A stretch of DNA of 64,000 nucleotides from Proteromonas lacertae (Eukaryota), in assembly GCA_002245135.1 (NCBI GenBank), contig NGBS01000297.1, positions 186,001 to 250,000 of the forward strand, read 5' to 3'. The position numbers and the translations under genes were made by a program. The number at the start of each line of letters is the position of its first letter. Position 1 is the first letter of the stretch. The notes below the pieces were generated by a model, which worked only from the letters and a program-made list of their open reading frames with translations, ran no database searches and was not told the DNA's origin. Below, piece by piece: positions 52,938 through 64,000 of the stretch.

Positions 52938-55826
52938 ATGTCTTCTTATTCACGACGTAATGGTCAAAAGAAACAGAAACAACCAGGTATATATTTGTAT
53001 TATGATTATATTTAATTATGCATAGAGTATGTGTCTAGACCTAAAATACAATACACTAAACCTGAAGCATCTAAATTTACTACCCACAAACCAAATAATT
53101 TAGAACCTGAAGAGCTAACCAAAAAAGTACCCTACGCTCCATCCCCCATTGTAACTAAATCAGCAAAAACAGTTCCAATTGCGCAACCTCCTATGAGTCC
53201 TCCACCACCAGGTGTAGCATCAATAAATAGAAGTAGAATTCAAACTCCACAAAAACCTAATGAAATATCTTCACCAACACCAACCAAATCAATATCTTCT
53301 ATATCAGATTTACAATCGCATAATATATCTACACAAACTACATCACACACATCCTCTCCAGTTCATTCAGAAAATAGTATAAACAAAGAAAGTGAAGAAA
53401 AAATTGTAGAATCAACATCAATAGAAATTGGAATACAGACAGAAGGTACACCAGTAGAAAGTCCTACAAAAGAAGTAGAAGAAGAGGAGGAACATAAAGA
53501 AGAAGAAGAACAACAACAACAAATAGTTGAAAATGAAGTGAAAGAAGAATCAAAAGAGATGAATAATGAAGTAGCTTGTCAAACCGAAGAGATTAATGTA
53601 AATGATGAAATAAAGAAAGAAGAAGAAGAAGAAGAAACAAAGGAAGAAGAAAATAAAGATGAAGAAGTTGTAGAAGAAGAGAAGAAAGAAGAAGAAGAAG
53701 AAATAACAGTAAATGAAGAAACAGAAGAAGTGAGTAATGATATTGCTTGTCAAACTGAAGAATTACCATTAAATGATGACGTAAATAAAGAAGAAGAAGA
53801 AACTCAACAACAACAACAACAACAACAGGAGGAGGAAGAAGAAGTAATTGAAGATGAATTTGAAGAAGAAGAAGAAGATAACAATAATGAAATTGGTATT
53901 CAAACTGAAGATATTATACCACCAACATCTCCACAATCTGAAATTCAAGAGAAGCAACAAGTAGATGATAATGTTCAACATCCCAATAGTGCTCCAGTAC
54001 TATATAATAATAATAATAATGAAATATCATTGAATAATAATGCTGATGAAGATAGCAAGATATTTATAACAGAACAATCCAATGAAACATCGAATGAATC
54101 GTATGAAGAGAAAGCTGTGAATGAAGAATATAATATTCAAGTAATAACACAATTGGAAGATGAAGTAAGAAAAGAGATTGAAAATAAAATAGAAGACGAA
54201 GAATATGATAATGAAGAAGAGTTTGAAGATGATAATGAAAAGAAAGAAGAAGAAGAAGTAGTAGAAAATAAGAACAAATATATAGAAAGATTAAAGAAAA
54301 CAAGAGAAGAAGAAAAAGTAAAAGAATCTCCTAATAAGCGAAGAAGAATAAAGAATAATAAACCACCAGTCTCTCCAATATCATCTGAAACAAATACAAA
54401 TACAAAAACCAAACAACAAATTAGTAACAACAGCAAAAAGGGTCAAGAATCACCAAAACAACTAATAAAGAGATTACAAAGAGAGAAAAGAGAAAGAGAA
54501 GAAAGATTAAAGAAAGTTCATGATAAAGAAATCGAATCATTATTGGAATGGTCAAATAAAGCACACGAAGAGATGGAAGCAAGAGAAAAATTAGTAAAAT
54601 CAGAAAGAGAAAAACAGATGATAGAAAAACAACAAAAAATAATAGAAAAGAAGATAAAAGAAGCTGAAACAATTGCTGAATTAAGAACAAAAGCAAGAGA
54701 GGTGATTGCAAATCAAGATAATTATTTATATAAGAAGAAAGAAAAAGAATATAGAGAGAAAGAACAGAAAGAATTTGAAGAAAAGATGAGAATAGCTGAA
54801 GAACAAAGACATCAAGAATTATACACAATCCCATTAGATACATATTTAGAAGAACATGAGAAAGTATTAAAAGAGAATGAAGAGAAGTTAAAAACAAAAG
54901 AAAAACCAAAAAGACAACTGAATTATGAACCTGTTCCAGCTTATCGTGGTAGATTATACAATAAAGTATTAAAGGAAGAACAAAGAAAACAAGAAGAATT
55001 AAAGAACGAAATGGAAAGAATACAAAAGAACAAAGAATTGGTAGAAAAGAAAAAGAAAGAAGATGAAGAAAGAAGAAAGAAATTTAAACCAAAAGTAAGT
55101 CCAAGGCTTCAAAATGAATTACAATACAATATAGCAACATTAGAACATCACTCAATATTGAAGGATGTTGATCCTGATATGATTCAAAGTAAAGTAGAAG
55201 AAAGACCTTGGAGGAATAAACCATTATTAGATTTCAATCCATTACCACCTGGTCCACCCAAAGAAGAAACTGAAATAGAAAGAAAAGAAAGATTGGAAAG
55301 ACAATATATTCAAGAAAAGAAAAGAGCAAATATGTACATACGAAGTGGATTTGTTAAAGCTGAAGATTTTGATGAATCTGGTAATAATGATAATAATATT
55401 TTATCATCATTAGTTAGTCATAAATCATCCAAAATCAGTTTTAAAGATAAATCACCCCTTCATAAACAAAGACATTTAAAGAAGGAAATATTTAATGATG
55501 GATTTGATGATGATGATGAATATTATACTGAAGATACTCCTGAAGTTGATCTTCCTGAACCAAATTATGAAGATAATGATGATGAAGAAGTATCACCTAA
55601 AGGAAAGCATCACCATCGTCATCATCACAAACATCATCATAAACATAGAAATGTTGATAAACAGAATGAAGGAGAAGAAGGTGAAAGTGCTGAAAAGCCT
55701 GTTGATGAATCTGTGAAGAAGATTCACAGAGAGATTCAGAAAAGCCCAATTGTTCAACAGTTGAAGGAGAATAAAGTGGTAGAAGAAGGGGAAGAGTTTG
55801 GCGAAGATGAATTCAATGAAGAGTAG
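52938..55826 (+). CDS. Large Glu-rich disordered/coiled-coil protein
   Basis: ATG 52938; one intron (52987-53025) joins to the 931-aa ORF. Acidic tracts, coiled coil and a His run. Confidence 0.85.
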
Positions 55827-56007
55827 TTGTTATTGTTCATTCTTTTTTGTTTAGTTTCTCATTTATTGTAAATCTATTTAATATGTTAATTATTTTTATA
55901 TTTTCATTTTTAATCTGTTGTTTATATTACTGTAAAAAAAACTTCCCAAACCAAAACATAAATCAAGCGTGGCTACACTATTAAATACATTATTCATTTG
56001 TTTTAGA

Positions 56008-56708
56008 TTAGGTTGTTAAACATATATCAATATCACCTTGGTAGTCTAAAAGCCTATTTATATTTTGTGTTAAATACTCTGATTCTAGTTGTAACTGTGA
56101 AATACTTGGATGTTCTATCAATTTTACGGTTTTCTTCCAAATGTTATTACTATTTAGTTGTTGTGTGGCGAATCTTTCACCATTTGAATCACCTAATGAC
56201 AATACGTGTACTTTGTTTAACTTGGCTAATCTACTCACCTCAATCTGGAATGCATTACGTTTCCAATCAAGAGGATTTGGACACATTCTTTCATATTGTG
56301 AACGTGCTGATATTATCCTAACATCTTCTAGATACTGTACTAAGTTTGGATAGAACTTTCTACAACTAAGCTCCACCCATCCTGTTTCAGCATTTGTAAT
56401 TATTACTACAGATCCTAATGTTTTTAGTGTTGTTACCAATGATATGGCTGAGGCTTCTGCTATCTTTAAATCATCACTGATGTTATCAGGTAGTACTTCT
56501 GGGTAAGTTAGTGTAATTCCGTGTGTAACTAAAAGGCTACTACATAGAATTGTGTCATCCCAGTCTAATAATATTACTAGGGTAAATAGAATTTAAAACT
56601 CTTACAATTAGTAGTAGTATCTTCATTATCTTCTTCCTGTTGATTTTGACTTTCAGTTGTGATATCAATAATCTCTTGTGGTTTTTCTACAGCAATTGAA
56701 CCGCTCAT
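56008..56708 (-). CDS. HAD-superfamily hydrolase (DWDDT type)
   Basis: After one intron: LLDWDDTI (motif I), ITNA (II), WKRNAF (III), SLGDS (IV). Confidence 0.8.
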
Positions 56709-56866
56709 AACGACAGCTATACCAAGAATAAAAACAAAAAAAAGAAAGGGAGTGAGAGTTATAAACATTGGAAACGTAAAATTTTAAAACATATAAAAAT
56801 CCTATTTAATTTTCAAAAATTGTCCCATCTTCAAATATTTGTCAACTGAAACACGACTTTCGTAAT

Positions 56867-59119
56867 TTACTGAAACGAGTCTTTTTTAAATATCTCGATT
56901 TCTTCATCATACTCTTTCTTCAGCAGTTCCAAAGATGTCTGAATAAATACAAAATAGTATATACTTTGTAGTAGAAGTCATCATAGTTCTGTAACACACT
57001 TGATGAATCACTTAAGATGGGTATTTCAGTCTCTTCTTGTGGCTGATAGAATATTCTGTTGTACTCTGGAGTTTTCTACTCAAAAATATTAAGAACTGTC
57101 ATACTCGACATATCTGATTGAAAGTATCTTCAAATTTATCAATTATGTCTATCCTTTGAAGTGACATCAACTTATGTCTATAGAATTTCTTCCTTTTAGA
57201 AGGTGCCGGACTCATTGTCACCCTATGACATTAAGAAATGTATATTTATACTTTTGTACAGATTCTACTGCTCTATTAATGTCATCTAAATAACTGAAAT
57301 CAGATTTTTGCGAAAGATATGATCTTAATGAAGATTTTCTTGATACGATATTACTTGTGTCATTAGAATAACTAGGATTCTCACTATCCGTTTCATATTC
57401 ACTCTGCTGTTGTTGGTACAGTTTTATATCATTAACTATATCATCAAAGCTAATTACTTCAGCTTTGAAGGTATTATCATTACTAGCTTGTTGTTGTAAT
57501 TGTAATAATGATGGTGGTGAAGGAGGTGAATCATTAATTGGATTCTGAAGCGGAGATGGTGAAAATAGTGGTGTTGCTGGAGGCGGTGGTGGAGATGGTG
57601 TTTCTATCGATCTACCTACAGTACTAGGTGATGAAGATGATGATGACAAAGATTTTTGTTGTGTAAAATCAATTAATTTCGGTTGAAGTGTTTTTCTCAA
57701 CATAGACATTGGACTATTTGATCTTTTATTCGTATTACTTTCAACACTATTTCTTCTATATTTAGAATTACCATTACCATTACTGTTAAACTTATACATG
57801 GATTTTGATTCTTCTCTTACAATTGGTTGAGTTGACATTGTTTCAAATGAACTTACATCACTTTTCAACGGCATTCTTTTACTATTACCATTATCTTGTT
57901 GTTGTTGTTGTCTTCTTGCCATATCTGCTGCAGCTCTAATTAATGAAGAATCTACAGTATTGGTAGATATACTTTCACTATTAAATCTTGATACTCTTGG
58001 ATTATGCGTATTGGGATTTGTACCAGCTCTTAATGCCATTGAAACTGTAATAAACCCTCTTACTGGAGCATCACCTGCACATTTCTTATTGAGAGCATAT
58101 ACTTTCGGTTTGATTGTACATTCAGTTTTCTATAATAATAATAAATATATAAATATATATAAATACAAATAATCCTAATGGAAATACAACTTGTCCTAGA
58201 TATGGCTGATTAGTAAATCTATCTATATTATTCACATCTATAATTATCTGACCTGCCAAAGTACCTCCATCTATTTCACATGGTATTTTTAATGGAAATT
58301 CAAATAATGCATTTAATACTGGATTTGTACCATGATAAATCTTTGATTTCTTTCTTATTTCCTTCTCACATGCTCTACTCAAAGTTACATAAAACACTGG
58401 TTCTAAATGATCATAATCTATATGTTTTTCATCTTTTAGATCATTTGCTTCTGAGATATATACCATTATTTTGCCTGGTCGATTTCCTGTTCGTATATCA
58501 TACAACACCATATCAGGAGGATCTGCACCAAATTTCTCAAGTGTTATATTATCATTAATCATGGGAGTTGGTTTAATAATTGCACTTCTATATAACAATA
58601 ACAATAATATATATATTTATATACTGTGATAAATCTCTAGTAACTTTATTATGTTTTTTACCACTTCCTACTGGATGTGGATTTGGTGGTTTTCTATAAT
58701 AATAACATAAATATGAAAATAATGAAATACATTCTACTGGGTGATGGTGTAACTGAAGCAATAACTGGACTACTACCACCTGATGATCTTGGCAGTGGTT
58801 GTGTTGCTAATAAACTATCAGTCATTCTCATTGTACTAGCGAATTTCATATTTCGAGGTAATCTTGATTCTTTTGGTTGAGATATAGGTTTGACTGAGCT
58901 TGATCTCTTTTTCCTATTCTTTCTAATACTTGGAGATAGTGCTTGTGATAATCTGTTGTTATAATCATTCGAATTTGTTAAAAAGTTGTATAATTTCTAA
59001 AAATAATATATCAAATAAATATAATAAAAATACATCAATTTGTTTCACTTTCTGTTGGACTAAACTATCAACAAAATCAGCTGCATTTGAATCATCAACT
59101 AATTTAAGTATAAATCAAA

Positions 59120-59153
<34 letters not shown>

Positions 59154-60167
59154 TAGGAGTTGTATCAATAAGATCAATTGTATCTCTTATTTGGTTAATT
59201 AATCCTTTTCCTTTCTCAGATTTCATTCTACTTCTTACTCTATATCCTAACACTAATGCTAATATCAAATCACTTTTTTGAGTTATTACATTATTATTAT
59301 TATCTTCTGGAGGAGGAGGAGGTGGTGGTGGAGTATCATTCATTGAAGACTTTCTTGATTGATTTTGAGGAGTATAGGCTTCATTTATGGAGGATTTTCT
59401 TGATTGATTTTGTGGTGTAAATGGTTCATTCAATGAAGATTTCCTGGAAGAATTCAGTGGAGTAATAGTGTCATTTATAGATGATTTTCTAGAAGGATTT
59501 AATGGTGAAGATATATGAGGAATATTACTATTAAACAGTAATTGATTTTCTATTGAACGTAATATTGGTGAAGTATATAAACTAGAATTTGCATTGGGAG
59601 GTAAAGGTTGAAATAGAGGTGAATGCGAATCAGATCGAAATGATACAGCTGGTGAATCTGATGGAGGTAATGGTGGAGGCCTTTTTCTGTGATATTGAAT
59701 TTTCTATAGCAAATATAACTGTAAGATTTATACTATAATAAAACTTTTTACAATGTGTATTGAATGTAAGAATTTTGACAGTTCATTCCTCATTCTATGA
59801 TGCTTGAACTAATTATCAATAATTTTATAAATTATACACTTCTTTGTATGATTTTTATAGAATTTATTCTTTTAGGAGATGGAGGCTTCAAAGATTTCAT
59901 CTTTTCAGCTACTAAACGTCTTAATTCAGTAATTTCTTTTTTACTAAAACTTAATAGATGTATTTCATATACTGTTTTTCTTCTTTTTGTTTCTTTAGTT
60001 TATTTTCTATCTTAATAGCTTGAAATTTATATTCTAAACAAGTAGATTTTGTTAAAAGATCTTCATCAGTTATATTGCATTGGCATGCTACATTCTGATG
60101 TTCAGGAAAATGATAATCCTAATAAAATAGAAAGATCTTCATTGTATCATACAAATATCACAGACAT
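56867..60167 (-). CDS. Ser/Pro-rich protein with an IQ-like motif and a C2 domain
   Basis: Multi-exon from ATG 60167. LALVLGYRVRSRM (IQ-like); KIMVYISEANDL..GTNPVLNALFEF..YLGQVVFP (C2). Last exon ends at 56867. Probable 1-nt indel near 60000. Confidence 0.7.
59122..59152. repeat. (TA)n microsatellite in an intron (similar tracts at ~15668-15693 and ~62984-63008)
   Basis: Direct dinucleotide runs next to splice sites. Confidence 0.9.
59338..59509 (-). repeat. Coding tandem repeat, about 4 x 45 nt, (S/T)PxNxSRKSS(I/L/M)N(D/E)
   Basis: SPLNPSRKSSINDTI / TPLNSSRKSSLNEPF / TPQNQSRKSSINEAY / TPQNQSRKSSMND. Confidence 0.85.
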
Positions 60168-60235
60168 ATTTTTCTTTTTCAAAAATAGATTCGTTTTCAT
60201 AATTTTAATTTGCATTTTTTGAAGTTAATCTTATC

Positions 60236-61063
60236 ATGAGTATATCACAAATCAACACAAAAATTATCAGAACAATTGTTAAACAGAATAGAGCTTGGAA
60301 TAGATCAGTTAAGAATGTTAATCCAGAATTCTTCAAAATACAAGCTAATAAACAAGTTCCATATGCTTTAGCCATTGGCTGTTCAGATAGTCGTGTTCCA
60401 ATGACACAATTATGTGATGCTGCTCCAGTATTTTTATTCATTTAATCAACTAGGGTGATTTTTTCACTACTCGTAACGTTGCCAATGTAGTAAATCCAAA
60501 CGATAAAAGTTTATCCATGGGTATAACAATTATTCATATTATATAGTGTTGGATTATGGTTTACATCATTTAAAAATACCTAATGTCATTGTATTTGGAC
60601 ATTATAATTGTGGAGGAGTTGCTCTTGCCATGCAACAAGCTGAAGTATATTAAAAGGTTATTAATTCTATGATTAGTCAAAATCTCAAACTGATATTAGA
60701 AATCCAGCTGAAGAATGGGTTGATCCAATTGTTAAGATGATTAGAGATAATAAGTATTATCATATCTTAAATTTACTCTATTATAGTGATATATTAAGCA
60801 AAATTGAAGATAAGTACAAGAGATACGATAGAGTATGTGAATTACATTGTGGATTTTGTTGTAGAGCAATAGCTGAACATCCAGTAGCAAAATCACTATT
60901 TGAAGCAGGTAATTTATGTATTTATGGTATTATGTACGAGTATGACAATAATATGTTTTATTTTCATAGTCCTGCAAGAGGTAAACTCTCTAGAGATGGT
61001 TATGCACTTCATAAAAGTAATAAAGATGTTTTTGATCCTACATTTATGAATGTAACTTGGTAA
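60236..61063 (+). CDS. Beta-class carbonic anhydrase
   Basis: IGCSDSRVP, RNVANVV and GHYNCGGV zinc-ligand motifs across short introns. Confidence 0.92.
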
Positions 61064-61135
61064 ACCTTCATTTTTACGATTGATATTATTGTTTTCTGTT
61101 TAGTATGTGTGGTATTGAAAAAATAAATATAATAA

Positions 61136-62983
61136 TTAATATGCTTCACCATCATTAAATAAATAATAGTTATTCACTATATTATTTTCATATTTCACAA
61201 CTTTATAAATGAAATTATATTTATCTCCTACTTCTTCATAAAACCATGCTTTTTCTCCTACTCTTGGTAATTTTGGATGAATAGAATATGCATCTCTTTT
61301 TAGATAATCTCCATTTGAACATCTTATCATTACAGTTTTAGACTCTTCATCATATTCATTTATAGTTCCTTCTTTATTTGAATCAAATAGAATTATTTGA
61401 CTGATGAATAAGTAATATCTACCTGTACAGAAATAATTTGGCAATATATAATTACGAGGAATATTATCACTATATTCTCTTCTTATTGGAAAGTAAACAG
61501 AGTATGTATCATTATAGTCTATACCATATATTATTCCATAAAAGTAATGATTTATTTCAGAACTCTTTTTTGAACAAACAACTTCACCTCTCTTAAAAAT
61601 GTGGTTATTCTTCTTCACTATTCTATCTTCGACAACTTTCATATTTATATCATTAGCAACAATAGCATATGTTCCATTTGGGTTGATATTCTTAATATAA
61701 GATTGTATATAATGACTGGAAGTTTCTAAATACAATATGTTTTCAGATTTATAGAATTCTGGATATGTTATATTCCTTTCATACTTTGATATTATTTCAT
61801 TGTCTTCTAACAGTATTTTATATCTTTTTTCTCCATATCTCTCATCAATTTGCATAATAAACCCTCTTTTAATAATATTTTTCTTATTATTTATTTCTAC
61901 ATAATCTTTAAGTTGAAATAAATCATTATTAGGTATAGATCTCAACAATTTAGTATTTTTCATACCACAATAAGCATTTCCTATTATTTCATATTCACCA
62001 TCTTCACTTTCATCAGATCCAATTTTTGCTATCACACATTTATCACCTTGTTTATATATACACCTATCACCTTTTTTGAATTGGTTGTACAATCTAATGT
62101 CTTTACATTTAATATAATTATCATAATCTCTAATTTTGAATTCTATAATACCATCATCTATTAAGGATTCAATATACTTTTCATACACAAAATGTTCAAC
62201 TTTATCATCATAGAAATTACATTTTAATAATTTTTCATCCATATTGTCTATATTACACAATTCTATGTGTTTCTCAACTAGACTTGTATTGTCACAATTA
62301 TCATCAATTTCATTCAACATTCTTTCATAGATTTTATAGTCGTCTATCAAATTATTTTTTATTTCATTTAACTTTTCATTTAAATAACTACATTTTTCTA
62401 TATCATTATCATATATCCTTAATAAATCATATCTATTAACTATAAATAAACAATATACATATTTCCTTCAACTTTATTTCTATATATTTTCAGTATTTCT
62501 GTATCATTTATTCTTTTGGAATACTCTTCTTCGTTTTGTTTGATTAAAGATGTGTAATAATCATAAATGATATTGTTGAATGTGATTTTGTTTATCAAAT
62601 ATTTGTAATTGGAAAAATATATCAATGTCTTTAATAAACGATTTATTAATCTCATTATATAGTCATTACATTCCATTGAGTCATTCTTTTCTACTTTTAA
62701 TAATTTGTTTATTATTATTTTCAGTATTTCATTTTCAATCTCGAAATTTTTGAATCTATTTTCTTTCATCATATCACTCATTTTACACATTATTGTCAAT
62801 AAGTTTTCTATTATTTCTTTCAGATTATATACATCTATGTAATTGGTGTTGGTGATTGGATCATTATTGATATAAAGATTATTCACATTGATATTGTAAC
62901 TATTAAAATATTCACTCATTAAACTTATCTCTCCTTTCATTTTAGGAAATAATTCGATTATCTAATATCATTAATATATCATC

Positions 62984-63014
<31 letters not shown>

Positions 63015-63342
63015 GAATTTTAGATATATGTTTCAGTTGAAGTATTTTCTTTTTTATATCTCTCAAACTCATTTTACTGTCTATCTTATTGTACATATAT
63101 CTATTTAATGTATTTTCTTCTTTCAATATGAATGGATATTCATTTAAGTATAATTTCTTATAATATATTTTATGCTATTTCATTTTATTATTATTATATA
63201 TATATATTATACTTTTATTGAATACAATAATGATAAATCTATCACTCTCTTTTCTTTCATCTCTTGCATTTTCATCAAGTTCTCTTTACAACTCTCATCA
63301 TCATAACATAATATTTCATTTATTAATTCTTTTCTATTTAAA

Positions 63343-63373
<31 letters not shown>

Positions 63374-64000
63374 CAAGTTTAATTCATCTATCTCTTTTAT
63401 TGACAGTATTGAATTCATCTCATTCAAATAATTATAATTCTCTTTTAGTTCACATAGTTTGTTTATATTTATATCATATATATTCTCATTCTTCTTTTCT
63501 ATATCATCTAAGTCAATTATTAGCTTGCTTTCTCGAAGTTCATATTCATTTCTCATTAATATGTTCTTTAACATATTTCTATTCATTATATTCATCAAAT
63601 ATATACATATGTATATCCATTTTGGGAATTATATCTCTCACATATTTTACTTCTATCTCATCTAATACTCTTTCTAATATCGTATTTATTGTATTATCAT
63701 CATAGTCTTCTTCTTTCAGTAATACACTTATATCAGTCTCTTTTAAACTGAATTTGTTTATTTCATTTATATTATTCTTTAATTCTTCTTTTATATTATT
63801 CACATTTTTCCAATTATCTAAAAATTGATTTATCTTTTTTAATTTGGTTAGTAGAATCTCAAGTATTTCTTGATCACTCTTTTGTAAATCTAAATTGTTC
63901 ATTTCTATGTATAGTTTCAATAATATTGATTTGTTTATTAGATTAAATCTATCTTTTTCTTCTAATTTATACATTTCTTCTTTTATCGTATTATATTTTA
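61136..64000 (-). CDS. Large protein (5' end outside window): helical region, then tandem Tudor/SH3-like barrels
   Basis: Repeated FKKGDRC / FQLKDYV / FYKSENI / FKRGEVV / PRVGEKA starts with GEYEI, GTYAI, DTYSVYF strands in ORF 61136-62350. Confidence 0.55.

Noticed and set aside
46682..54909. Antisense ORFs (e.g. 46682-46969, 49243-49725, 54421-54909, and plus-strand ORFs over the left array)
   Set aside because: Shadow frames of biased coding sequence, rich in Phe/Leu/Ser, with no motifs.
59338..59509. CRISPR-like array
   Set aside because: Degenerate coding tandem repeat without unique spacers, in a eukaryotic context with no cas genes.
39455..61063. Stop codons created by polyadenylation (known in Blastocystis)
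   Set aside because: Every gene whose 3' end I could trace has a genomic stop codon.

Overview
Very AT-rich, gene-dense eukaryotic DNA with many tiny (~26-40 nt) GT(A)..TAG introns and very short intergenic spacers. This is consistent with a Blastocystis-like/Opalinata gut protist, but the lineage is inferred. About 21 genes can be assembled by hand-splicing. The left half (1-31.5 kb) is a co-oriented minus-strand array of large genes built from mix-and-match modules: a divergent Hsp110-type nucleotide-binding domain (NBD) without a substrate-binding domain, a pseudokinase (HRD->HSN), and long, largely dissimilar helical/low-complexity tails. One gene is a pseudokinase-Hsp110NBD fusion, and near-identical DNA blocks are shared between paralogues. 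The right half is mostly housekeeping: VPS11, a full-size ABCG, an EGF membrane protein, a METTL18-like methyltransferase, an M14 carboxypeptidase, choline/ethanolamine kinase, PAP2, a HAD protein, a C2 protein and beta-carbonic anhydrase. It also holds two intronless, lid-less Hsp70s with long Pro-rich spacers. A GCCAAG(C/T)TT-like motif recurs just upstream of several start codons. Several single-base frameshifts look like consensus errors. CDS coordinates span the whole spliced gene and come from manual reading.
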